Assembly: GCA_963817785.1 (NCBI GenBank)
Contig: CAWFPL010000004.1
Coordinates: 29,309-93,308, forward strand
Direction of reading: 5' to 3'
Length of the DNA: 64,000 bases
Origin: an uncultured Pseudomonadota bacterium
GTDB taxonomy: Bacteria; Pseudomonadota; Gammaproteobacteria; Burkholderiales; SG8-39
Shown: piece by piece, positions 9,789 to 18,452 of the stretch
Numbering within the stretch: the first letter of the stretch is position 1
How the letters are laid out: the number at the start of each line of letters is the position of its first letter
Notes under the pieces: generated by a model
Database searches by the model: none
Told to the model about the DNA's origin: nothing
What the model saw: the letters and a program-made list of their open reading frames with translations, nothing else
Made by a program: the position numbers and the translations under genes

Positions 9789-9818
9789 TTGCGACATTAC
9801 AAAATGGTATTGTATTGT
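9789..9818 (+). promoter_or_regulatory. Promoter P2 with embedded operator-like inverted repeat
   Basis: TTGCGA-N18-TATTGT with TACAA-N7-TTGTA (9798-9814). ATG 9830 lies only 12 nt after the -10, implying a very short leader. Confidence 0.55.
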
Positions 9819-9829
9819 GAAGGTGAGCG

Positions 9830-10425
9830 ATGACCGGAAAGATCTATGCGACAGGCGTATCCGTCCGTCATTCGCGCCGTGCATCACCTGCGTCCGAAAC
9901 GGCAACGTTCCCGACCTCAGACAATGCAAAGACTGCTTGTTATGTCAGTCGCCGAGTCGGCGGGAAGAGGAGCACGACCATGACGAACACGCTCGCAACG
10001 GTCCGGATCGACCTCGACACCACCACCACCACGCCGCGCACCGCCCCGCCGCTGCGCCCGCCCACCGACTACCGCACCCTGCTGCGCCTGCGCCGCGACC
10101 TCCCCGCCGCCGCGCTCACCAGCGCATTGACGCCGATCTTCGACGACACCGACCTGCACACCCTCGCCGCACGCGGGATGTACCTCGCCCGCCGCGCGCA
10201 CGCCGACACCGCAGCGGCGGTCGAACTGGCCGCCGTCGCCGCAGTCCTGGCCGACGCCCTCGCCGCACCCACCGCAACCCCCGTCACCACCGCGACTCGA
10301 TGCACTGCGCACCGACCCGCGCCACGCACACCGCGAGGCCCGTGAGCTGCTGATGCTCGCCTACCGCGACCTGCTCACCGACCTCGCCGTCGTGGGCGCC
10401 CCGCCGCTGCGCGCGCAGCACTGAC
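9830..10425 (+). CDS. hypothetical protein, paralog of 11498-11964 (frame change near 10295; alternative start 9980)
   Basis: ORF 9830..10345 contains MTNTLATVRIDLD... at 9980, after GGGAAGAGGAG. The C-terminus in another frame reads LDALRTDPRHAHREARELLMLAYRDLLTDLAVVGAPPLRAQH*. Confidence 0.45.
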
Positions 10426-10458
10426 CACCACCACAACCCCGAGAGATAGGACACCGCG

Positions 10459-10788
10459 ATGACCACCACCGAGAACACCACCGACGAGCAGTACATGTCC
10501 GGCGGCGAGCGCGCGGCCGCGCGCGGCGCGCACTACATCGAAGAGTCGGTGAGCGTGTACCTCATGCGCGACCTCGCCGGGACCGACACGTGGGTCATCG
10601 ACCCCACCAACTTCGGCGTCCGCGCTCGAGACGAACTACGACATGCCCGTCAACACCGAATGCCGGTGCGGCACACCCGACGAGTGCGACGAGATCCGCC
10701 ACCGGATGCACTTCGTGTCCACGCCCGACGGCGAGGAGCTGATGCACATGCTCGCCGACGCGCTCGGCTACACGGTCACCAAGCCCTG
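10459..10788 (+). CDS. hypothetical protein (frame change near 10615)
   Basis: MTTTENTTDEQYMSGGERAAARGAHYIEESVSVYLMRDLAGTDTWVIDPTNFGV, then in another frame ETNYDMPVNTECRCGTPDECDEIRHRMHFVSTPDGEELMHMLADALGYTVTKP*. Confidence 0.45.
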
Positions 10789-10795
10789 ACCAGCC

Positions 10796-10829
10796 GACGG
10801 TCGGGCCGCGTCGACGCGGCCCGACCGTC
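10796..10829 (+). terminator. Perfect 15-bp-stem hairpin (terminator-like, no U tract)
   Basis: GACGGTCGGGCCGCG-TCGA-CGCGGCCCGACCGTC, directly after the stop at 10788. Confidence 0.55.
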
Positions 10830-10865
10830 GCCTGTTGCTGTACCCGACAAAAAAAGGACCAGAGC

Positions 10866-11501
10866 ATGACTTCTTCCCACCCGTTCGCCGCTGTCCGCAC
10901 GCTCGCCGATCTGGCCGCTGTACGCGACGCACACACCTCGAAACACCCTGATCCCTCCACGACCCTGGACCCGGCCGCCGCGCGCGCTGTGCGGGCCTGT
11001 GAGGCGCTTGTTGCTGTGGTGCCGTACGGCGAGCGCACCCATGCCGACACCGACGACCTCGGGTCCGTGTTGGCCGACCTCGCGGGCGACCTGCGGCACC
11101 TGGCCGACCAGCTCGGCCTCGACTGGCACGACATCGACCGCCGCGCCCAGAGCTACTACGGCGACGAAACCGGTCGTGACCATGACACCGAACCCGCCGT
11201 GACACCCGAGGTGGAGATTGCGGCTGTCAGGGATCCTGACGGACCGACAAGCTTCGAGTTATTTGTCGATGGCACGCCCGTGGTCGCCACCGAGTACGTC
11301 ATCGACGCCGGTGCGGGCTGGGGGTGGACGGAATGGAAGGAAACCCGCGATCACAACCTGGCTGCGGCGTCGCCCGCCGTACGGGCGGTGTTGCTCGCGC
11401 ATTACGTCGACCCGCCCGGGGGTAAGTACGTCGAGGGTCGCGACGACGCCCCGTGGATCGACCCCGAACCGGCCCTCGACGCGGCTGGAACCGAGCGGTG
11501 A
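10866..11501 (+). CDS. hypothetical protein (211 aa, intact)
   Basis: Uninterrupted ORF with GC3-rich codons. Its stop overlaps the next start (GTGA at 11498-11501). Confidence 0.65.
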   Translation: MTSSHPFAAVRTLADLAAVRDAHTSKHPDPSTTLDPAAARAVRACEALVAVVPYGERTHADTDDLGSVLADLAGDLRHLADQLGLDWHDIDRRAQSYYGDETGRDHDTEPAVTPEVEIAAVRDPDGPTSFELFVDGTPVVATEYVIDAGAGWGWTEWKETRDHNLAAASPAVRAVLLAHYVDPPGGKYVEGRDDAPWIDPEPALDAAGTER

Positions 11502-11964
11502 CCGCCACTGCAACGGCCCGGCGCACCGGTTCGTCGGTGCGCCGGGCATTCGCCCCGGCCGCGCAGCGTTACCGTGCGCTGTTGCGGCGGGGCGACACTC
11601 TCGCCGAGGTGCCCGACTACCTGCGCCTGTTCGGCTGGGTGGACATCGCCACGGTCGCTGCGCGCGGGGTACGGCTGGCCGTTCAGGACGCCCGAGGAAC
11701 CACCGCGCAGACCGTCACGCTGGAGCTGCGCGGGGAGTAGACGGCGAGATCGTCGGGTACCGGGTCGGCGTCGAACTGTTCGCGGCCGCGACGATCCTCG
11801 GCGAGTATCTGCGCCTGCCCGCCACCGACGGCCTCGTCGCCGACCTGGCGGCTGCCCTCGCCCGTGATTCCCGGTACGAGCTGCGCACCCAGGTCGAGCT
11901 GCTGATGCTCGCCTACCGGCTGCTGCTCACCGACCCTGGATCAGACCTCGAAAATGTCCTCTGA
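11498..11964 (+). CDS. hypothetical protein, paralog of 9830-10425 (frame change near 11740)
   Basis: VTATATARRTG...YRALLRRGDTLAEVPDYLRLFGWVDIATVAARGVRLAVQDARGTTAQTVTLELRGE, then VDGEIVGYRVGVELFAAATILGEYLRLPATDGLVADLAAALARDSRYELRTQVELLMLAYRLLLTDPGSDLENVL*. Confidence 0.45.
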
Positions 11965-11985
11965 CCAGTGCAGATGACACGTCCC
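11961..11985 (+). repeat. 25-bp intergenic motif, copy M3
   Basis: CTGACCAGTGCAGATGACACGTCCC, followed by the 18-bp palindrome GCGCCCTCGCGAGGGCGC. Confidence 0.7.
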
Positions 11986-12116
11986 GCGCCCTCGCGAGGG
12001 CGCGGCTGTGACCATCGAACGCGGCAGGGCCGGGTGAGTTGCTCTGTGTCGAAACCCGTCCCCTCGGTGCAGATCGGCTTGTTCACGCAGTCCCCAAAGA
12101 TAGGCGAAAATGCACT

Positions 12117-12141
12117 CTGACCTGCGTAGATGGCACGTCCC
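12117..12141 (+). repeat. 25-bp intergenic motif, copy M4
   Basis: CTGACCTGCGTAGATGGCACGTCCC. Confidence 0.7.
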
Positions 12142-12194
12142 GGGTGGAGGTCGGCGCGGGCCTGGCGGCGGCTGCCCGCGTGCCGTGTTGTGCT

Positions 12195-12219
12195 GCGACC
12201 TGCGGAAACGGCACGTCCC
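12195..12219 (+). repeat. 25-bp intergenic motif, copy M5
   Basis: GCGACCTGCGGAAACGGCACGTCCC. It lies ~61 bp upstream of the -35 of P3. Confidence 0.65.
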
Positions 12220-12279
12220 ACGGTGGCCGTATGCAAGGCCTGAGCCGCGCTCGCTGGCGATTCGGCAACATCACGGGAG

Positions 12280-12308
12280 TTGCACAATACAAATAGGCAT
12301 TGTAAAGT
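12280..12308 (+). promoter_or_regulatory. Promoter P3 with embedded operator-like inverted repeat
   Basis: TTGCAC-N17-TAAAGT with TACAA-N7-TTGTA (12288-12304). Confidence 0.55.
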
Positions 12309-12328
12309 AGGCAGCGCCGGAAGGGGTA

Positions 12329-12351
12329 CTGACCGGCAAGGATGACGTCCC
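12329..12351 (+). repeat. 25-bp intergenic motif, copy M6 (2 nt shorter)
   Basis: CTGACCGGCAAGGATGACGTCCC, in the leader between P3 and ATG 12382. Confidence 0.6.
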
Positions 12352-12381
12352 ACTGACAGCAGTGGAGAAGAGGGGTTCACG

Positions 12382-12786
12382 ATGGCGAACACGGTGCTGG
12401 CAGTCCGGCTCGATGTAGACGGAACCGCGACAGTGATCGACCTGGAGAAGACGGAGACGGGTGTCGGCACGGCTCTGCGTGCGGCGTTGGAGTGCGAGCT
12501 GTTCGATGTGGTGCGGTTGGGGTCGGGTCTGGATATGTGGCTCGACGAGGAGGGGCTGTGCGTCGGTGAGCCGGTGGTCAACGAGGTAGCGACGCGTATC
12601 GCGCGGTTCTACGGCTTCACGTGGCAGCCGTATGTGGGGCCGGTGGTGTTCGCGTCTGTCGATGACGAGGGCGAGACCCAGTCCCTGGAGAGTGAGCAGA
12701 TCGCGGCGTTGTTGGCGACGGCGCATGTTGGGGGCCGTGCGGTGCTCGATGCGTCCCTCGGTGAGGGCGCGGAGGTGCGGGTGTGA
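12382..12786 (+). CDS. DUF3846-like domain protein
   Basis: Intact 134-aa ORF after GAGAAGAGGGG. The pattern ...IDLEK....L..AL.CELFDVVRLGSGLDMWLDEEGL..GEPVN.VATRIA......PYVGPVVFA matches what I recall of DUF3846, which is common on conjugative elements and phages. Confidence 0.65.
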   Translation: MANTVLAVRLDVDGTATVIDLEKTETGVGTALRAALECELFDVVRLGSGLDMWLDEEGLCVGEPVVNEVATRIARFYGFTWQPYVGPVVFASVDDEGETQSLESEQIAALLATAHVGGRAVLDASLGEGAEVRV

Positions 12787-12815
12787 CGAGCGCGTCGATG
12801 TTCTTTGGGGGTATA

Positions 12816-13411
12816 TCAGTGTGCTGTGGCGGGGCGGCGCACGGCCTGAATCCATAGCGGCGCTGCAAGGATCCCGAGGGCGCAACCGGCTATTGGGAAG
12901 ATCAGGTAGGGCGAGCCAAGGTCGAAATGCGTTGGTGCGTTTTCGATTGCGTAGGGATCGGTGGATGGAGCCATGGACAGCTCCAGCTGAAGGTGCGGTG
13001 GGAATTTTGCGCTGTAGATCGCGGAAGTGAATCCGATCAGGATTCCGGTGGCGGCGAGTCCTGCCGCTCCCAGTCGGATTAAGCGCGACCGCGACAGTGA
13101 CGCCGGTGGGCGAGTGTGGCGACCAGTACGCCAGCCAGGACGCCGAGCAGGGTGCATATGAGTGGCAGCGTGATCGCGGTCGGTAACCAGGATGGTCCGG
13201 AGATGTACTTTTCGTGGTCGACCTCGATCATGAAGCCCTGCTCCTGACCGGGAGGTATGAGCTCGGGGGCGATGGGAGCGTAGTCGGGTGAGCCGTAGGG
13301 CGCGATGTATCGCCATCCAATGGTTGCGAGCACTCCCAGCGCGAGACCGAAACAGCCGTATACGGCGATTACTCGGGTCATCGAAGGTCTCATGGTTGCG
13401 TCGACGGTCAT
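12816..13411 (-). CDS. membrane protein (about 4 TM), frame change near 13090
   Basis: ORF 13079..13441 (MTVDATMRPSMTRVIAVYGCFGLALGVLATIGW...LPLICTLLGVLAGVLVATLA) continues in the frame of ORF 12816..13316 (LGAAGLAATGILIGF...YLIFPIAGCALGILAAPLW). Confidence 0.5.
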
Positions 13412-13516
13412 GTCTCCATCTTCGGTCGAGCTCTGACGCACAACAACATGGAGTGTGTGACTTTGTTGTCGCTCGGCCCCTGAACGGCTGGACCGGCGAC
13501 GCGGATCATTCGCTGC

Positions 13517-13810
13517 TCAGTTATCGATGTCCAGGTCCGTGGTTACTGCAACCGAAGCAACCCACTTCCCTTCGGCCTCGACAATTGAATGCGAGATCGA
13601 GATCACTACCGCCCCCTCACTCACGCACACTTCATTTGCGAAGGTGGCTGCTTGGTTGGACAACTCGCGGTGTAGCTCAGTAAGGGTGCTGTACGGACCA
13701 AGTTCGAGGGTGTAGACCTCATACGCGTGGTTCGTGCTCATTGCCTGAATGATACGGCTTGTGCATACACGGACATGCCGTGAAGTGTCAGTGTCGATTG
13801 ATTTCGCCAT
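13517..13810 (-). CDS. hypothetical protein (97 aa; possible internal start at 13741)
   Basis: Intact ORF, lower GC than its neighbours, with GAGGCG upstream of ATG 13810. Confidence 0.5.
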   Translation of the reverse strand: MAKSIDTDTSRHVRVCTSRIIQAMSTNHAYEVYTLELGPYSTLTELHRELSNQAATFANEVCVSEGAVVISISHSIVEAEGKWVASVAVTTDLDIDN

Positions 13811-13848
13811 TACGCCTCTGCCGCCGCGCCGAACTATCTACTTACCCG

Positions 13849-13890
13849 GCCGGGTGGTAGATGTACTGGATTCTTCATCTACCACCCGGC
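13849..13890. other. Perfect 15-bp-stem hairpin next to the IS21 end
   Basis: GCCGGGTGGTAGATG-N12-CATCTACCACCCGGC. There is no U tract on either strand. Confidence 0.4.
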
Positions 13891-14025
13891 TGAGATCACT
13901 CATTGAGTGAGTGAGTATTTGGAGGCTTGAAGGCCACCGAATATTGCCTCCCGGAGCCACCGATATTGCCGACGGGGGCCAGTAACCGCCACTCTCAGGG
14001 CCACCAGCCACCCGTCGACATCGTG

Positions 14026-14772
14026 TTACTGGTTCGCGGCGGCGTGTTCACGCATGTTGTGCGTGCCGGTGTCGATCCAGATGGTGTTGTGGACAATGCG
14101 GTCCATGATCGCATCGGCATGGACTCCGGATCCGAGCCTCTGGTGCCAGTCCTTCTTCGCGTACTGCGTGCAGAACACCGTCGACCCCGTGTCGTAGCGA
14201 CGCTCGAGCAACTCCAGCAGCATGCTGCGCATCCCGTCATCAGGATGATCCAGCAACCATTCGTCGATCACCAGCAGCGAGAACGCGGCGTACTTGTTGA
14301 GGAACTTCGTCTGACCGTGAGGCTTCTCCTTGGCCAGGGCCCATGCTTCCTCGAGATCGGGCATCCGAATGTAGTGCGCCCGGATCCGGTGCTGACAGGC
14401 CTGTTTGGCCAACGCGCACCCCAAATACGATTTCCCGGACCCAGTGAATCCCTGGAACACCACATTCTGCTGACGCTCGATGAACGAACAGGTCGCCAGC
14501 TGAGCAATCACCGCCCGGTCCAAACCCCGCTCCTCGATCAAGTCCACCCGACGAAGATCAGCGCCGGGATACCGCAGTCCAGCCCGGCGGATCAGTCCCT
14601 CGACTTTCGAATGGTTGAACGCCTGGTGTGCATCGTCGACCACGAGTTGCAGGCGATCCGCGAATCCCATCCCGAGCACATGAGCATCGTCTTGGGCCTC
14701 GATCGCGTCGAGAAGCGGCTGAGCACCCATCTCGCGGAGCTTGCGTTTGGTTTCGATATCGATTCCGCTCAC
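14026..14772 (-). CDS. istB: IS21 helper ATPase IstB
   Basis: 248 aa with Walker A GFTGSGKSYLG, LLVIDEWLL and a DnaA/IstB-like layout. It overlaps the istA stop by 4 bp. Confidence 0.95.
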   Translation of the reverse strand: MSGIDIETKRKLREMGAQPLLDAIEAQDDAHVLGMGFADRLQLVVDDAHQAFNHSKVEGLIRRAGLRYPGADLRRVDLIEERGLDRAVIAQLATCSFIERQQNVVFQGFTGSGKSYLGCALAKQACQHRIRAHYIRMPDLEEAWALAKEKPHGQTKFLNKYAAFSLLVIDEWLLDHPDDGMRSMLLELLERRYDTGSTVFCTQYAKKDWHQRLGSGVHADAIMDRIVHNTIWIDTGTHNMREHAAANQ

Positions 14773-16331
14773 TGAGCACCCCCGCCGTAGTAGTCGGCGC
14801 CACGAACGTAACCACCGAGCTCGTCGGGCTCCTCACGTGGTGGTCGTAACCCGGCAGTCTTGTCCTGGCCGGTGACCAGAATCGGTTGCAGATGCGCATA
14901 GCGTGGTGAACGCACCCGCCCGGTCAAAGCCAGAGCACATGCAGCCTCGACCCGCTCAGCGGAAAAGCGCCGCGACAACCGCAACACCGCCAGCGCAGCG
15001 TCGAGTCCCTGCTCGTCGACGGGCACGGACTCGAAGATCCGATTGACCACGATCTCGGCTGCGGGGCCGATCCGATGCGCCCACGCCCGGGCCCGGGCGG
15101 CGTCCCACTGCCGATACTTCGCGCCGGCCGGTAGATCAGCGTCGCGGGTGCGGTACTGACCCGCCGCACCCTCAGGCAGGAGCAGGTGACTGGACAGTCT
15201 CTCGGTGCCACGGTAGATCTCCAGCATCCGGGCGGTGACCCGCAGATCGACCTTGGTCCCGATGTGCGCCAAGGGCACCGAGTAGTAGTTGCGTTCGAAG
15301 ACCACGTGCGCGTTGCGGCCGACCCGGCGACCGTAGAACCACCGGCTGATCTCGTATGTCACCGCCGGCAACGCGGTCAGCAGCGGCTGCTCCTCGGCGG
15401 TGAACACGCTGTGGCGGGATCCGGGGCGTTTCTGGAACGGCTCTCGGTTGTAGGCATGAATCCGCCCCGCGATCGCCGATTCGAGTTCGGGCAGTGTCGA
15501 GAACAGATGCTCGCGCAACCCCGCAATGACCCACGTAGCAACGTGGGAGACGGTGTTCTCCACGCTCGCTTTGTCTTTCGGACGCCGAATGCGACCCGGC
15601 AGTACCGCCGCCGAGTAGTGCGCGGCCAGGTCCCGGTAGGCGTCATTGAGGACGATTTCACCCTCACGCGGATGCTTGATCACTCCGGTCTTGAGGTTGT
15701 CCGGCACTATCCTCGGCACCGAGCCGCCGAAGAACTCGAACATCGCCACATGCGCACGAAGCCACGTGTCCTGCCGCATGTCCAGGGCGGGCCAGACGAA
15801 TGCATACCTGCTGAACGGCAGGCACGCCACGAACAAGTACACCGTCCGGACTTGTCCGGATGCCGGGTCGCTGAGCTCCATCGTCGGGCCGGACCAGTCG
15901 ACCTCCACGGTCTGCGCGGCCTTGTGTCCGACCCGCGAGGCTGCGCCGGTGACCAGGACATGCCGTTGGTAGGTCTTGCAGAACCGGTCGTAGCCCATCG
16001 CCGGATCCCCTGAAACCGTGCACGCATCGGTGTACTCGCCGTGCAGCAGCTTCAACGTCACGCCGACCCGGGCCATTTCCCGATGGACTTGTTCCCAGTC
16101 AGGTTGGGCGAACACGCTCTCGTGCTCGCCGCGGCCCGGGAAGAGGCGGGCGTACACGTCACTGTCGTCGAGGTCGGTGACATCGTCCCAGGTCGTTCCC
16201 GTCGCATCGGCGGCGTCGAGGACCTCGGCGATACTTTTGCGGGACATGCCGTGGGATGCTGCGATCGCTCTGCCGGACAGGCCCTCCGCGCGAAGCTGCA
16301 GTACGAGCTTTGCTTTGATCTTCCGTACCAT
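14769..16331 (-). CDS. istA: IS21 transposase IstA
   Basis: 520 aa with an N-terminal HTH (LSGRAIAASHGMSRKSI) and an integrase core (VEVDWSGPT...ACLPFSRYAF...VPDNLKTGV). Confidence 0.95.
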   Translation of the reverse strand: MVRKIKAKLVLQLRAEGLSGRAIAASHGMSRKSIAEVLDAADATGTTWDDVTDLDDSDVYARLFPGRGEHESVFAQPDWEQVHREMARVGVTLKLLHGEYTDACTVSGDPAMGYDRFCKTYQRHVLVTGAASRVGHKAAQTVEVDWSGPTMELSDPASGQVRTVYLFVACLPFSRYAFVWPALDMRQDTWLRAHVAMFEFFGGSVPRIVPDNLKTGVIKHPREGEIVLNDAYRDLAAHYSAAVLPGRIRRPKDKASVENTVSHVATWVIAGLREHLFSTLPELESAIAGRIHAYNREPFQKRPGSRHSVFTAEEQPLLTALPAVTYEISRWFYGRRVGRNAHVVFERNYYSVPLAHIGTKVDLRVTARMLEIYRGTERLSSHLLLPEGAAGQYRTRDADLPAGAKYRQWDAARARAWAHRIGPAAEIVVNRIFESVPVDEQGLDAALAVLRLSRRFSAERVEAACALALTGRVRSPRYAHLQPILVTGQDKTAGLRPPREEPDELGGYVRGADYYGGGAQ

Positions 16332-16751
16332 TACGGATCACTCCTTCCGCCTTGTGCCCGATACACATGGCGGGAGGAGCCTAGAAAGACTGGCCCCCAC
16401 GCACGTCGCTATTGGCTCCCACGCGCACTACCGCCGGATCCGGGTCACGGCACCTGAGCGGAATACCGGTGGACCCCAGCAAACCGAATATTCACTGGAG
16501 CGCATCTGTTGAGGGTGTGACAACACCAGCGTCTGGCGGTTGGGTATTGACCGCACCCCTCGCTCAGCAATTTCCACGCATTCCAGGACTACCGTGCGTC
16601 TGGCGGGACCGCATCTGAGGCGGTGCTGGTGGTGGTGACGTGAGGACCGCGGATGACGCCATCACTGTCGTCGCTTCACGCTCACCGGTGGGTCCGCGCA
16701 CACACGGTTCGGCACTCAGGCCGAAAGGTACAGAGATGGTGGGCATGTGCT

Positions 16752-18451
16752 GCTTAGCCTCAATCTTTCGCGCGGGTGACGCGCTGGCCTGAGCAGTTCG
16801 GATTGGACGTGGAAAACCGTGGATCCGGTGTGCTTCCACGATCGACTACCCGACACGGTCGGGTGACGCCGGGGTCCACGGCCCCAAGCTGAGCGTCCCT
16901 TTCGTCTCGATGAAGAAGATTCGTGCAGGTCACACAGGTGCAGGTAGTGCTGCAAGCCGGTTCAGACCGGCCACGAGAACATCGACACCAGGAGCCGTCG
17001 CGGCCAGCCGTAACCGAACCCGGCGGGCATGCCGGGCGATCTTCCCGGCGATCGACAGCACCCGCAACCGCAACCGTTTCGGCTCCCACCTGCGTGCAGT
17101 CGTGTCGGTCAACGCGAGCATCTGCATCCACGCGAGCAGCTCGCACGCCAGTTGCACGAGCGCCAACCAGATCCGATTCTGATCGAACCCGTGCAACGGA
17201 AAATTCTGTAGTCCGGTCGCTTTCGCTGTCCGGATCCGGTCCTCGCACCGAGCCCGACGCCGGTGCCGCAACTCCAGATCGGGCAGTTGCCCGCGGCGGG
17301 TGTTGGTCACGAACGCCGTCAGACGCAGTCCGTCACGATCGGTGAACCGCAACTGCGCACCCGGATGCGGACGCTCCTTCCTCACGATCACGCGCATGCC
17401 GTTCGGCCACGTCGACAGGTCGAGCAACCCGGTGATCTCGGTGACCCAAGCGCCGTCACGGACCTGCCCGTCCGAGTCGTAGGCCGGCGTCCATGCCTGA
17501 TCAGGAACGAGATCGATCGCGGCGGCGTGGGCGTCGGTCAACCCGAATCCGACCGAATACGAGAGCCTGCGCTTGGTCAGATACTCGATCAAGGAGTGGG
17601 TGCCGCCGGCGCCGTCGATCCGGACCAGCACCTTCTTCCCGACCCGATATCCCGGATCGAACGGCAACTGCGCGAGGGCGTCCTGCACGACGGTGATGTG
17701 GTCGGCGGCGGTGTTCGAACCGGCGTTACCCGGGCGCAGGAGCATCGCGACGGGTTCACCGGTGCCGTGCTCACCGTGGTCGACGAACGCGCATAACGGA
17801 TGAAACCCGTAGCCGCGTTTGAAGTTCGGGGCGGCGTGTTCTTTGTTCGAGTGCGCGGTGACGAGGGTGGCGTCGATGTCGACAACCAGCGGTGTCCGCT
17901 CGTCGATGGTGTGATCCGGTGCCGAGGAGCCGGCGGCGGTCCAGGCGTGGGCGCGGGCGGCGGTGCGGGCCCGTCCGATGGCGGCCAGTGCGATGTCGGC
18001 GTCACCCGCGAGGGTGGTGATCAGGCGGGAGACGGTCGGGTCGGAGGCCACCGTGCCGAAAAGTTCGGGCTGGGCGCGTAGTTGGTTGATGTCGGCGAGG
18101 CAGTCCCCGCCGAGCGCGAGGGAGACTGCGAGGTCGAGGAGGATCTTGCCGGGATCGTGGCGTGCCAACGGTTTCCGGAACCGGGCGAGTTCGGTCGTCA
18201 ATGCCGTGGTGAGGCCGGTTTTCTCGGCGGTGCGCAACAGCAGGACGGCGCCGGCATGTGACACGATGCCGGTTCCGTTGGCCGATGCGGACACGTGTGG
18301 GTAGGGGGACGTAGACTTGCTCACCGGAATGGTGCTCCTCGAACTGGTTGAAACTCGACCCTCAGCAAGTCGAATTATCCCAGCTCAGGGCACCATTCTT
18401 TGTGTTCGACACGGCCGCTCGCTCAATCAGCACGAAAGCGCGAGGTTAGGC
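16752..18451 (-). mobile_element. IS1380-family insertion sequence (ends approximate)
   Basis: Imperfect terminal inverted repeats. The reverse complement of the left end, CGAAAGATTGAGGCTAAGC, aligns with the right end CGAAAGCGCGAGGTTAGGC. Length ~1.7 kb. Confidence 0.65.
16930..18324 (-). CDS. IS1380-family transposase
   Basis: Intact 464-aa ORF. GIVSHAGAVLL, VVDIDATLVTAHSNKE, YGFHPL, RIDGAGGTH, RVIVRKERPHPGAQL, AFVTN and FPLHGFDQNRIW are typical of IS1380 DDE transposases. Confidence 0.9.
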   Translation of the reverse strand: MSKSTSPYPHVSASANGTGIVSHAGAVLLLRTAEKTGLTTALTTELARFRKPLARHDPGKILLDLAVSLALGGDCLADINQLRAQPELFGTVASDPTVSRLITTLAGDADIALAAIGRARTAARAHAWTAAGSSAPDHTIDERTPLVVDIDATLVTAHSNKEHAAPNFKRGYGFHPLCAFVDHGEHGTGEPVAMLLRPGNAGSNTAADHITVVQDALAQLPFDPGYRVGKKVLVRIDGAGGTHSLIEYLTKRRLSYSVGFGLTDAHAAAIDLVPDQAWTPAYDSDGQVRDGAWVTEITGLLDLSTWPNGMRVIVRKERPHPGAQLRFTDRDGLRLTAFVTNTRRGQLPDLELRHRRRARCEDRIRTAKATGLQNFPLHGFDQNRIWLALVQLACELLAWMQMLALTDTTARRWEPKRLRLRVLSIAGKIARHARRVRLRLAATAPGVDVLVAGLNRLAALPAPV

Positions 18452-18452
18452 T

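Larger units (their letters stand above)
13928..16504 (-). mobile_element. IS21-family insertion sequence (about 2.58 kb, apparently complete)
   Basis: Carries istA and istB. The ends TGAAGGCCACCGAATATTG (left) and TGCGCTCCAGTGAATATTC (right, reverse complement) align. Each end also has a second internal CCACCG(A/G)TATT repeat, typical of IS21 multi-repeat termini. No clear target duplication seen. Confidence 0.85.

Noticed and set aside
9830-9979. The 150-bp lower-GC stretch after promoter P2 as a riboswitch or sRNA
   Set aside because: I could not find a convincing conserved structure or a known riboswitch motif. It is equally well read as the N-terminal extension of ORF 9830..10345.
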